Shown here piece after piece: positions 1 through 16,955 of a stretch of DNA of 64,000 bases; the stretch's first letter is position 1, and each line of letters begins with the position of its first letter. Where the stretch lies: NCBI RefSeq assembly GCF_009914755.1, contig NC_060943.1; one strand, written 5' to 3'. Source of the DNA: the human T2T-CHM13v2.0 reference genome, Homo sapiens. Position numbers and translations under genes: made by a program. The notes beneath the pieces are model-generated. The model was not told the DNA's origin. It worked only from the letters and a program-made list of their open reading frames with translations, and did no database searches.

Positions 1-17
1 ACCTCCTGCCTCGATTA

Positions 18-359
<342 letters not shown>

Positions 360-611
360 TCACCGCCCAGTCCCCACACCAGGGGCCTGCGGCAATGAGT
401 GGCTTGGTGGTGATGAATTAGCCATGTCTTATAGGGGCTTCGTCATGGGGAGGGGTCACTTTATTATTCTAATGATGGGAATAATGATGGGATTCCATAT
501 ATTGGAATAAGCATTGGGGGGAAACAAAGCACCTGATGTTTTTACTGCAAGAAATCCCTTATATGACTACTATATACGCAAACAGAGGCCTAAAATCAAC
601 CTGTGCATTTA

Positions 612-1298
<687 letters not shown>

Positions 1299-1316
1299 TA
1301 GTAGCTTTTATTTTAG

Positions 1317-1601
<285 letters not shown>

Positions 1602-1805
1602 TAGTAGCTTTGAAGCCTCATAAGCCCTTCCCTAAACATATTTATTTGCCTCCTCCCACCAAAGGTAATTCCTATCCCAAATGTGCTAATTATGTCTTTT
1701 GCTTCACGCATAAGTTTCTTACTAGTCATTTACCTGCCTTCATCTCCCCTTGCCACCCCCAGTTTTCCCACTGAGCTATTTTGTTCTTTTGCTTTTATTG
1801 TATAA

Positions 1806-2154
<349 letters not shown>

Positions 2155-2235
2155 TGAAATGCTGACCTCGTGATCTGCCTGCTTCAGCCTGCCAAAGTGC
2201 TGGGATTACAGGCATGAGCCACCACGCCCGGCCCT

Positions 2236-3230
<995 letters not shown>

Positions 3231-3667
3231 GGAGGACATGCTGTTTATTTAATTCACACAAAGACTCTAAAATGGTAGAAGTTGGCTGGGTACAGTGACT
3301 TACGCCTGTAATTCCAGCACTTTGGGAGGCCAAGGTGGACGGATTGCTTGAGCTCAAGAGCTCGAGACCAGCCTGGGCAACATGGCGAAACCCTGTCTCT
3401 ACTAAAAATTTAAAAACTAGCTGAATGTGATGTTGTGTGCCTGTAGCAAAGATACTTGGGAGGCTGAGGTGGGAAGATCACCTGAGGTCGGGAGGTCAAG
3501 GATGCAGTAAACCATAATCACACCACTGCACTCCTGCCTGGGCGACCGAGTGAGACCCTGTCTCAAAAATAAATAAATAAAGCTGGGGGCAGTGGCTCAA
3601 GCCTGTAATCCCAGCAGTTTGGGAGGCTGAGGCAGGAGGATCACTGGAGGTCAGGAGTTCAAGACTA

Positions 3668-3859
<192 letters not shown>

Positions 3860-4711
3860 CTAAAAATAATAGTAATAAAATAAATAAATAAGGCCGGGCA
3901 TGGTGGCTCACGCCCATAATCCTAGCACTTTGGGAGGCCGAGGCAGGCAGATCACCTGAGGTCGGGAGTTCGAGACCAGCCCGACCAACATGGAGAAACC
4001 CCGTTTGCTACTAGAAATACAAAAAAAAAAAAAAATTAGCCGGGCGTGGTGGCGCATGTCTGTAATCCCAGCTACTCAGGAGGCTGAGGCAGGAGAATCG
4101 CTTGAACCTGGGAGGCGGGGGTTGCGGTAGCTGAGATCCCACCATTGCACTCCAGCCTGGGCAACAAGAGCGAAACTCCATCTCAAAATAAAACAAAATA
4201 ATTAATTATTAAATGGTATAAGTTAACTTTGCTATGATAGATGGAGAATCTGAGGCTTAAAGATGTTAAGGAACGTGCTGAAGTCACATAGCCTATCTGC
4301 TCTGGCATTGGAAATGAAATGAAGACCCTCGGAATGTGAAGACCACTCTACAATTTTCTTTTCTTTTTTTAGAGACAGGATCTTGCTTTGTTACCCAGGC
4401 TGGAGTGCAGTGTTGTGATTGTAGTTCACTGCAGCCTCAAACTCCTGGGTTCAAGCATTCTTCCTGCCTCAGTCTCCCAAGTAGCTAGGACTACAGGTGG
4501 GCGCCACCATGCCTGGCTAATTTTTAAAAATTTTTTTGGGCTAGACGCAGTGGCTCATGCCTGTAATCCCAGCACTTTGGGAGGCCGAGGTGGGCGGATC
4601 ACGAGGTCAGAGTTTGAGACCAGCCTGGCCAATATGGTGAAATCCCGTCTCTACTAAAAATACAAAAATTAGCCGGGCATGGTGGTGTGCGCCTGTAATC
4701 TCAGCTACTCA

Positions 4712-5179
<468 letters not shown>

Positions 5180-5913
5180 TCAAACTCACAGCCTCAAGCA
5201 ATCCTCATGCCTCAGCCTCCCAAAGTGTTGGGATTACAGGCATGAGCCACTGAACCTGGCCCAATTTTCTTACTGTAACAGTCAACCAGGCTGGTACTGG
5301 CTCTGACAACTCACTATGCGTCTTTGGATATGCCTGCTAGGGCCTCTGTTTCACTTTGCTGAAAATTCAGAACAATTGGCAAGGGCTATATGAAGGGCTA
5401 TGTAGAGGAGAATTTTAAAGCCACTTCAGAAATCAGCAGCAAACAGTGCTGGGATTTGACTGACCTTATCTGTCAGGGACATAAGAAGGTCAAGTAGCCA
5501 GCATTTCCTTACATCTTCTTCAGTGGCACAGTTGGCACATAGGTTTACCCTCACTTGAAAACCTGAACTGGGCCAGGCATGGTGGGTCACGGCTGTAATC
5601 CCAGCCAGCACTTTGGGAGGCTGAGGCAGGTGGATCATCTGAGGTCAGGAGTTTGAGACCAGCCTGGCTAACATAGCGAAACTGTCTGTACTAAAATTAC
5701 AAAATTAGCCAGGTGTGGTAGTGGACGCCTGTAATCCCAGCTACTCAGGAAGCTGAGGCAGGAGAAGTGCTTGAACCCAGGAGGCGGAGGTTGCAGTGAG
5801 CCAAGATCGCACCACTGCACTCCAGCCTGGGCGAGAGCAAGACTCCGTCTCAAAAACAAACACACATACTGATTGGTAGTGTCTTCCTAGAGGAATGAAT
5901 TAAGAAGAATTCA

Positions 5914-6063
<150 letters not shown>

Positions 6064-6208
6064 CTAGTCATGGTGGCTTGCACCTGTGGTCCCAGGTACT
6101 CAGGATGGTGAGACAGGAGGATCACTTGAGCCCAGGAGGTGGAGGTTGCAGTGAGCCATGATGGCACCACTGTACTCCAGCCTGGGCAACATAGTGAGAC
6201 ACTGTATA

Positions 6209-6291
6209 ACAAAAAAGAAAAAGAAGAAGAAGAAGAAGGAGAGGGAGAGGGAGAACGAGAAGGAGAAGGAAAAGGAGAAGGAGAAGAAGAA
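6209..6291 (+). repeat. (AAG)n/(GAGAAG)n simple repeat at an Alu tail
   Basis: aagaagaagaagaagaaggagagggagagggagaacgagaaggagaagg... Confidence 0.9.
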
Positions 6292-6309
6292 GCCAGGCGT
6301 GGTGGCTCA

Positions 6310-6651
<342 letters not shown>

Positions 6652-6685
6652 TCACGAGATCAGGAGATCGAGACCATCCTGGCTA

Positions 6686-6938
<253 letters not shown>

Positions 6939-7941
6939 TCACTGTGATTGATTAGCAATGTCTGCTGTGGCCACACAACTAGAAACAGCCAGCAGGTACA
7001 TATTATCTCAACCATCCCTGACTCAAGCTCCAATATCTTAATTGTTCCCAAATATTGGCTACTACTGTGTGCCAGGCACTGTGCAAAGCACTCTACATGC
7101 AAGTTTTCTGTTCTTATTCACAACAATCCTAAAAAGAGAATTTTTCCTCCCCCACTTCACCCCCACTTAATACATGAGGAAACTGAGATATTTTAAAAAT
7201 TGCCAAAGATCATGCAGCATATAAATGGTGGAACAGGGATTTGCATATGAGTTTTTCTGATCCAGAGTGTGCATTTCCAACTTCCACTGCCAACCAAGAA
7301 CAGTGCCAGCTCTAACATTTCCCAGCTGTGTGTCCTCAGATAGACTACTTAGTGCTTCTGAGCCTCTGCTCCATTTTGCTGCAAACTCCAAATTATAGTC
7401 ACACTGGCCTGGGGTAGTAGCTAAAGCCATATGCTGTAAAGCATCTGGAATTGGTTAGTTACGTCTGTCATGGGCATGATCATGGGAATTAAAAGCAGGC
7501 TTGTCACATCCATCATCCGTACCTCATAATACACCTACATTATTTATTATTATTATTAGAGACGGGGTCTCGCTCTGTCACCCAGACTGGGGTGCAGTGG
7601 TATGATCATGACTCATTTCAGTCTAAACCTCCGGGGCTGAAGTGATTCTTACACCTCAGCCTCCTGAGAAGCTGGGACTACAGGCATGTGCCACCATGCC
7701 TGGCTAATTTTTTTAATTTTTTGTAGAGATGGGTTCTTGCTATGTTACCAGGCTGATCTCAAACTCCTGGCCTCAAGTGATCCTCCCACCTTAGTTTCCC
7801 AAAGTGCTAAGGATTCAGTTGTAGCCAGGCACGGTTGCTCACGTCTGTAATCCCAGCACTTTGGGAGGCCGAGGCAGGCAGATCACGAGGTCAGGAGTTC
7901 CAGACCAGCCTTGCCAACATGGTGAAACCCTGTCTCTACTA

Positions 7942-8106
<165 letters not shown>

Positions 8107-8947
8107 TCAAAAAAAAAAAGAATTCAGTTGTGAGCCACCATGCCTGGCCTATTATTCTTTTATTTAAAGATGGGGTCTCTCTATGTTGTCCAGCCTGGAG
8201 TGCAGTTATTATTCACAGGTGCAATCGTAGTGCACTGCAGCCTCCAACTCCTGGACTCAAGCAATCCTCTCATCTCAGCCTCTCAAGTAGCTATGACTAC
8301 AGGCATGTGCCATTGCATGGGGCAATACTGCTATTTTATTTTATTTTATTTTTTTGAGACGGAGTCTTGCTTTGTCGCCCAGGCTGGAGTGCAGTGGCGC
8401 GATCTCAGCTCACTGCAACTCCGCCTCCTGGGTTCACACCATTCTCCTGCCTCAGCCTCTGGAGTAGCTGGGACTACAGGCACCCACCACCACGCCTGGC
8501 TAATTTTTTGTATTTTTAGTAGAGATGGGGTTTCACCGTTAGCCAGGATGGTCTCGATCTCCTGATCTCGTGATCCACTGCCTCGGCCTCCCAAAGTGCT
8601 GGGATTACAGGCATGAGCCACCGCACCCGGCCTAATACTGCTATTTTAATGAGCATTCCACTACACTGAGCATCTACTGTGTGCCAGGCACTGTGGGAAA
8701 TACTTTGAGGCATATTTTCAGTTACTCTCCCAACAATCTTAAAAGACTGAGAACACATTCTCCATTTTACAGGTGACAAAAGTGAATTCAGAGACGTATG
8801 AATAGGGAAATTCATTTCAGTCCTGGATCTGTTTGCAGAGCTGTTTTTCATCATTATGGCCAATGCCTTGTCTCGCTATGTTGCCCAGGCTGACCCTGAA
8901 CTCTCAGGCTCAAGTGATTCTCTCACCTCAGCCTCCCCAGTAGCTAG

Positions 8948-9301
<354 letters not shown>

Positions 9302-10174
9302 TAGTAGAGACACCGTTTTGCCATGTTAGCCAGGCTGATCTCCAACTCCTGACCTCAGATGACCTGCCTGCCTTGGCCTCCCAAAGTGCTGGTATTACAG
9401 GCATAAGCCACCACGCCTGGCCCATTTACTCTTGTAAAACAGATGGCACAGAAGGTCAGCTCCCCTGCATCTCCAATTGGCTGAGTTGCTCCTGGGAGGG
9501 CTGCCTGGAGGACTACTCTGAAGACACATCCGGCCTCAAAAGGAATATGCATTGGGTTGATTAGCAATGTCTGCAAGGCACCCGCAGTGATGCAGTAACA
9601 TGCACTGCACAGCTCTGCATTCCCGTCTCCTAACATTAATACTTAACTGATCGCGTAACCATGTATTGAGGTGCCTGTTGTGTGCCAGGAAAAATTCCTC
9701 ATGTGAAACTTCCAGGTGGTTCTCCTGCCGTTGAACATGATGAGATTCCTTTCTCCATTTAATACACGAGGAAAGAGAGTCTCAATGAAGGGACAGGGTG
9801 ACTGGGGAGGCTGAGACAGGAAGATCATTTAAGCCTAGGAGTTTGAGAGCAGCCTGGGCAACACAGTGAGATCTTGTTTCCACCAAAAAATTTCCAAAAA
9901 AATTAGCTGAGTGTGGTGGTGCATGCCTGTAGTCCCAGCTACTTGGGAGGCTGAGGTGAGAGGATCAACTTGAGCCCAGAAGTTTGAGGATGCAGGGAGC
10001 GTGATCATGCCACTACACTCCAGCCTAGGCGAGAGGGTGAGACCCTGACTCTTAAGGGAAAAAAAAAAAAATGAAGGAATAGGAACAGAGTTGCATAGGC
10101 GGCAAATGGTGAAACAAGAATTCAGGCTGGGCTTGGTGGCTCAGGCCTGCAATCCCAATACTTTGGGAGGCCTA

Positions 10175-10411
<237 letters not shown>

Positions 10412-11363
10412 TTAGAAAAATAAAATAAAAAATAAAAAAAAAAGAATTCAGTTCCAGGGTTTGGACTTTAGAGCCCACTCCCCTAACGAAAAGACCAGTA
10501 ATATAATAACAAAATAATAACAGCAAAGCGAAGCTGAGTACCTGCTCTCTGCCGTGCCCTGGGCATCATGACATTTAAACCCACTCCATCGGTTGAGTCT
10601 ATTAATTCAATTCAACAAATATTTACTGAGGGCTACACATGTCAGACTCCACCCTCCTCATGCTGTCCTCTGATAGTTAGGTCACCTCTCTATGCCTTTC
10701 TGTTCTTCCTTAAGGAAGGTATGGCACAGAGGTCTCACATGTATGGAGCTGGATTCTGAATTTGCATCCTGGTTCATTAAGAGTTTTGTGGGGTTTTTCT
10801 TTTCCTTGTTTATTTTTGAGACAGGGTCTTGCTCTGTTGCCCAGTCTAGAGTGTAGTGGTACGATCATGGCTCACTGAAGCCTTAACCTCCTTCTGCCTC
10901 AACCTCCCAAGTAGCTGGGACTATAGGCTTGCACCACCCAGCCGGCTAATTTTTCTCTTTTTCTGTAGAGATGAGGTTTTGCCATGTTGCCCAGGCTGCG
11001 ATCCTCCTGCCTTAGCCTCCCAAAGTGCTGAGATTACAGGTGTGAGCTCCACCATGACTGGCCCTGGAGATGGATTCTGAATTTGCATTTAAGCTCATTG
11101 AGGTAAGAGTTCTATGTTGAGTTGCTGATATTTGCTATAAGAGCCCAGTGAGCAGTTGGCAGTACACAAGCCACTGCTTCTGGACATGCTAGATCCCTAT
11201 TTTTTTTTTTTTTTTTTTGAGATGGAGTCTTGCTCTCTTGCCCAGCCTGGAGTGCAATGGCATGATCTTGGCTCAGTGAAACCTCTGCCTCCCGGGTTCA
11301 GGCAATTCTTCCACCTCAGCCAGGTAGCTGGGACCACAGGTGTGCACCATCGCGCCCCGCTAA

Positions 11364-11504
<141 letters not shown>

Positions 11505-14107
11505 TGAACTCCACTGAGCATGTGCAAAGTTTTCATTGACCTCCCACAACCACAGTGAATGGTATGAAGGGTCTCCTCCATTTCTCAGATGGGGACACTG
11601 AGGGTTAGTCACAGGGACCTATGACTTGTCCAGGGTGACAGGAGGAGGTGGAGGGGATGGTGTCAACATCTGACTCCTGATCCGATGACCCTAGAGCCGA
11701 AAGAGTTACTGGCTGCCCCCCTCCCATGGTGTCCCCAACCTGAGCAGAGTGAAGAGGTGACTGGGTGGTTCAGACCCAGGTTCTTGAGGCCTAGCCTGCT
11801 AATCTGGCCACCACCCGTTCTCCCTCCCATTTGTGCCAGAGCTTAGCGGGACCAGTATCTCGTTTCCTCTGTGGCTGAGCCGGCTGAGCTGATAATGGGG
11901 ATCAGATTGATGGAAGCCACACCCGCCCTGCCCCAGCCTGCAGTAAGTGCACAGCCTGGGATGGTGGCTACATGGGCATCAAAGGGACTTCGGCGACTGG
12001 CCCCAGACAGAGATGGGGGGGTGGCAAAGTCAGGGAGGAGGAGGGCAGATAAAAGATGGAGGGTTAGGGAAGCTTCCCATTCTCTCCAGTGCTTCTTCTA
12101 AGTCTCCCCCGACTTTTGGTTTCTCTCTCCCTCTTTCTTCCTCTGTTTCCCTCTCTTCTCCACTGTCCTGCCCTCTCTCTGAACCGTTCTGTGTCCCTGG
12201 CCTCATCACTCTCTCTTCCTCTTTTCCACCATCGCACATACATCTGACGTATGGGTTTTGCAGTGAACACACCTGAGGCCACTTTTTTCTTAAAACCTCC
12301 TGTGTCTGACCCCCACGGCCCCCAGCTGCGGCCCCTGGCCCCAGTCACAGTGACAGATGCCTGGATACCGGCGACAATAGGGCATTGAGTGGCTATGCAT
12401 GGTGAGGCTGGGCTACCACGTGGTGCTGACTGAGCCTCCTACTTCTGGGCCCTTCTTCAATGCAGGGTCCTCCTGGTCTTAATTTGTCACCTCTCTTCCT
12501 CCCAGCCTGTCCCCATGATACATCTCTGCCCCAGGGCTCGCTCACTGGAGAACCTAGGTCCTCAAGGCCCTTGTGTGACCTCTGACCACACCCTCTTTCC
12601 CTTTGTGCATTAGTTTCCTTTTTCAAATGAGAGAACCGATCAGAGGACGCTTAGGAGATGCTGGACTGTTGCGGGAGTTCTGAGGTCCTCAGGAGGCCAC
12701 ACTCCAGTTCCCAGACCTGGGTGAACAGCACGAGGCCCAGAGAGGGAAAGGAACGGCCTGAGGTCACACAGCAGGTGAGCCAGGCCTCCGGGACCTCATT
12801 TCTCAGAGCCAGGTGGGCGGGTCCCAGGGTCCAGGAGGGGAGAGGCTTAGGCATGGAGGGAGCGCCAATCATGCCCCCACCCCCAGTGCTAGCCACGACT
12901 CGAAAAAGGGGCCCGGAAAGAGACACAATGCACAGAGACACACACGCAGAGACGGAGAGATAGGAAGAGTGGAAGAGGGAGGCCCAGGCGCCGGGACCAG
13001 ACAAAGGACGCGCGGCGGCGCGGGGAGCGGAGTCGCGCGGCAGGGGCGGGGGTGGAGCCGGGGTGGGGCTATAACTGGCCAGCCCCGCCCCCGGGATACG
13101 CCCGGGCTGCCGAGTGGGAATCCGAGGGCTCGGGCGAGGCCGGGCCCCCGGGGCCCTGGGGGCGGGGCCTAGATGGGCGTGCCCGGGCGTGGCCAGGCAG
13201 GGCGTGGCAGGGCGGGAGGGGCTGCGCGCTCGGGAGCTGACCAGCTCCGTGGCTGCTGAAAGCACCGAGCGCGGGGCTAGCGGTGCGGGCGAGCAGGCGG
13301 GCGGGCCGCGCTCAAGGTCACCTCGCGGCCCAGAGCCTTGGCGAGGTGGGGAGCCTGGACCTGGCCTAAGGGGGCTGTCTCGGCCTCCCACCCCATCTCC
13401 CGGGGGGCGGAGACCCGGGAGCCCAGAGGTGCCCCCCCAACCCGCGGGCCCTCCTCTCCCCTCCCCCTCCCCGCAGCCCGAGGCGCCCGCGCGAGGCTGC
13501 GGCCCGCGAAGAAGCGCCGAGAAACAAAGGGACGCGGCAGCAGCGGCGGCGGGCCCGCGGGGCCTCCGGGCGCGCCCCCTCCTCTCCCCTCCCCGCTTGC
13601 CGCAAGGTCGACGGGCTCGAGGACGAGACGCCCGCCTCCCGGGTGCGGCCGAGGCCCGGGGCGCGCGATCCGACGCCACCCGCTTTCCCAGGGCTCTCGG
13701 GGACGCTTTGTCGCTTTGGCTTGGCCCAGCACCAGTGATCGGGCCCTGCGTTTGCCTGGGCGGCCTGCGGGGTCTGGGCCTGGATGGAGGAAGCATCCTT
13801 AGCCGCCGCGGCCCCTCCCCCATCAGGCCTGCTGGAGAGGGGGCAATCCCGCCTCCAGGGCGGCGTCGGACGCCTCCCGAATCGCAGTCAGTCTCCCTAA
13901 GGCCCTCTCAGACCAAGCTCTAAGCGCCCTCAGCACTCTGGGCGCGGCCCTGCCCACTCTCAGGCCCCGAGGCTTGGTCCTACCCCCCCAACCCGGGCCT
14001 AGCTAGGCCTGGTCCTACCCCCCCCGCCGCACCCGCCCAATCTCCGCGGAGCCTGGGCCCAACTCCTCCCCGTCCCGATTCCCTTTCGGCGACAGGGGAA
14101 TACCTAC

Positions 14108-14116
14108 AGTGACCAT
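14108..14116 (-). CDS. ELAVL3: ELAVL3 exon 1 coding part (ATG GTC ACT = MVT)
   Basis: CAAGAATGGTCACT|GTAGGTA has a strong Kozak context (A-3, G+4) and a phase-0 donor that joins exon 2 to give [12 protein letters not shown], the known HuC N-terminus. Confidence 0.93.
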
Positions 14117-14555
14117 TCTTGTGTGCCCGGCGGGCGCGGTCCGTGTTGAGGGGGGCTCCGGGGGTGGTGCACTCCTAGGGGGGCGCCCGATGCTCACGCT
14201 GGGGTCCCGCCCGGGCGGCCTCTGGTGCGGCCGCTGCAGATGTGGCGATGAAGGCGGCGGCTCCCTCGAGGGCCAGGGACGGGCCCGAACCCGGGGATGC
14301 GCGCGCGGATGGCCGGGCCCCGGGGTGGCCTGCGGGCGGCAGGGGATGGAAAGAGGGAGCGGGCGCGGGGTTGAGGACGCCCCCTGCGCGGCCCCGCGGG
14401 GCCCGGGGAGGTTGCGCTTCCCGACAGAGATCGCGGCGCTCTGCCTTTCGCCGCCGCCCCTCGGTCGGTCCTGTCCGGTCCCGTGTGTTCAAGTCCTCTC
14501 CCCTCGCCCACCCTCCCTCCCTCCCTCCGGCCCGCGCTGCGCGCTCCGCGCTCTG
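14117..14555 (-). other. ELAVL3: ELAVL3 exon 1 5' UTR (GC-rich, no upstream ATG); TSS approximate
   Basis: Lies between the TATA box (14582-14587) and the start codon. No plus-strand CAT in this interval. Confidence 0.75.
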
Positions 14556-14581
14556 GACCGCGCCGCCGCCGCCCCCAGCCC

Positions 14582-14620
14582 TTTATAGCAGCAGCTGCCA
14601 GCGCCGGCGTCGCTCATTGG
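14582..14620 (-). promoter_or_regulatory. ELAVL3: ELAVL3 core promoter: TATAAA (14582-14587) and CCAAT (14616-14620)
   Basis: Plus strand tttata and attgg, correctly ordered upstream of exon 1 within a CpG island. Confidence 0.8.
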
Positions 14621-15472
14621 CTGCGGCGACCGAGCTCCGCCTCCTCGCGGCTCCCGACGGCGCGGCAGGTGGAAGTGAGCGCGCACTGGTCGGGACTCTG
14701 AATCCCCCAAAAGCGCATCCTAGGTGCTCGGGTTGCCAGATTTGGGCCCTCCTTCCCTCGAGGCCCTTGCTTCCTACCCTGGCACCCCTTCTTGGGCTGG
14801 CTTTCGGGCCAGGAGACGGGCTCCCCTCCTCCGTCCAGCTCCTAGAGCTGGAGGAGCCAACAGAGCGAGGAGGTATTAGTGGCCTGAATATGCGACCTTC
14901 CAGAGGTGTTGTCCACTGAGGGAACTGGACAGGGGATCAGGAACCAATATTTTAGTAGGCAGAGGCCTGGGTCCCCAGATTTGGAGGCACCAGTGTAGAC
15001 CACCTCAAGACCACGGGGGAGGGTGGCTACTGTGGCCCTAGTCTTCTGCAGAAGGAGACTGGGACGCTGTTGGTTTTGAGTGAGCTGGATCCTTCTAGGG
15101 TTCAAAAGGTAAGGACTGGCACTCCCCAGTGCAAGGAAACTCCGCACTGCTCCGAAGGGGGTGAAAAGGTTTGGGGCTCAGTGTTCTGGACAATCATCGC
15201 TGGAGCCATGCAGCTCTGGGAAACCACGGATCCTTCTTGGACCCCACAGAACTGGGGTGGGTGGATCTGCCACATAAATGTCCTGGCTTTCTAGGCTCGT
15301 GATTGGTCCTCCTGACTGTGGAGTCATGCTCGCTCTCTGCTAGGGGGAACCTGGCCTCTCTCTAAGGCGTTGGGGGTGGCGCAGCCTCCTTTGGTGCGCG
15401 GGCGCCGGTGCATGTTTACGTCGGGGCGCGGGAACTAGCACACACTGGGGCGGGGTCGCCAGGGCGTGAGGC

Positions 15473-15493
15473 TTCAGCACCACAGACAGCAAT
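15473..15493 (+). promoter_or_regulatory. RE1/NRSE (REST site) ~0.9 kb upstream of ELAVL3
   Basis: TTCAGCACCACAGACAGCAAT versus consensus TTCAGCACCACGGACAGCGCC: 17/21, left half perfect. Lies next to a neuron-specific gene. Confidence 0.8.
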
Positions 15494-15949
15494 CCGACAG
15501 TCCGGTCGAGGGCGCTGCCGGCGAGGTAGCCCAGACCCCCTAACTGGAGAGCGGCAGTCCCCACCCAATCCTCGTTCCTGCACGCCCTTTAGGCTCCAGA
15601 CTGTCAGAGAGCGCCACCAGCGAGGAGAGCCTAATTTGCCCAATCAGGGGCGGCCCTTGAGATAACCAGTTACTGGAAGATGCCCTAGAGATCGAGCCAA
15701 TGGGAGTGCGCGCACCAGGGGATGCTGCCACGCCTGGAAAGGGCAGGCCAATCGCAGTGGCCCGCGCAATAGGGGCGGTGGCGGTGCAGATCCCCGGGTG
15801 GCCCCTCTTGGGCTCGCCGGGGCGACCTGGCTGCGGGCGCTAGGGGCCCCAAGCGATGGTCTGTTCCCCACCCCGTGTTCCTCCCGGTTTCCGTCATCGG
15901 AAACTGAGCTAGGAGGGGGGCTGCTCCTGGGCGCGCGGACCCCGCTGCG

Positions 15950-15963
15950 GTTCCCATGGAAAC
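15950..15963. promoter_or_regulatory. RFX X-box-like palindrome
   Basis: GTTCCCATGGAAAC versus GTTGCCATGGCAAC (12/14). Confidence 0.55.
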
Positions 15964-16271
15964 CTGCCGGCTCCGGCAGTGCGGGGAGAGTGGAGGGGAC
16001 CTGCCTCGCGGGGGGAGGGAGCTCGCGGGGGCGGCCCCAGCGGCCGGACTCGCTCATCCTTGCCGATTCTTCTGTCCCCGGCTGGGGTAGCCCCCCGGTC
16101 CGCAGCAGGAACTGAGGCATAGCTGGGGCCCCGCCTCATCCCCCGAACTGGTGAGGAACCGGCGGGGCCAATCTGCGCGTGGCGCCACAGGGCTCCCCCG
16201 GGCACGTGCCTGAGCTCGCGGCTGCGGTCCCCAGGGTCACGTGGCTGCGGCCACCAGGGCCTACGCGCCTC

Positions 16272-16290
16272 GCACGCCACCTAGCGGCCG
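16272..16290 (-). promoter_or_regulatory. CTCF motif between the ZNF653 3' end and the ELAVL3 promoter
   Basis: Minus strand CGGCCGCTAGGTGGCGTGC matches the CTCF core CCRCYAGRKGGCR. Confidence 0.65.
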
Positions 16291-16949
16291 CGCCTCGCTC
16301 CCCGCCCCTCTCTCTAGCGGCCCGCAGGAGGCGGCGGCCTCAGCATCCTCCTCCGGGAAATGGGGCCAGGGCAGCCGCCGCCAACTCCCCTTCCCCCCGC
16401 GGCTTCCTGTTTTAGGAACACGCCGAGCTAGTTCTACCTCGGGGTTTTGGCACTGGTTGTTCCTCTGGCCTGAGAATTTCCTCCCCCAGCTTTCTTCTGG
16501 GATAGATCTTTGTCATTCTGGTCTATGCGCAAATGCCACCTCCTCAGAGGCCCTCCCTGACCACCGACCTAAACAGCATCCCCGGAAAACAACGCATCAC
16601 TCTCTCTTTTGCATGGCGCTTGTCGCTAGCTGCAAATGTTTCTCATTTTAGGGGTTTACTGAACACCTCCCCATCTCATCCCGGAGCTCACTGAGGGTGG
16701 GAGATGGGTGCCCCATAAAACAGGAGGAAGTGGAAATTAGGGTCCTGAGTTCCGGGAGATGCCCAGAGACCCCAGACCCCCAAGCCTCACCCCATCCTGT
16801 GGGAGCAGGGGCTGTGCGAGGCTGCTGGGCCCAGGGGCATCCCTCGTTCCCTGCCTCGCTTAGGAAGGGATCAAGTAGGCTGGAGACAGAGAGGGGCCTG
16901 GCACCCCAAATCATTCAGGCCTAGGGGAAGGGCATCTCCTTTCTCGCTC

Positions 16950-16955
16950 TTTAAT
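16950..16955 (-). terminator. ZNF653: ZNF653 polyadenylation signal ATTAAA
   Basis: Plus-strand tttaat, ~235 nt after the stop codon; the only canonical-type signal seen in the 3' UTR. Confidence 0.7.

Noticed and set aside
12651-13923. 390-aa (-) and 269-aa (+) ORFs in ELAVL3 intron 1
   Set aside because: Pro/Arg/Gly/Ala low-complexity translations of a CpG island that is open in several frames at once; no recognisable domain.
13241-13949. Additional RE1-like sequences (minus TTCAGCAGCCACGGAG at 13241-13260; TCAGCACTCTGGGCGCGGCC at 13930-13949)
   Set aside because: One needs an insertion and the other has a poor right half (13/20); too weak to call.
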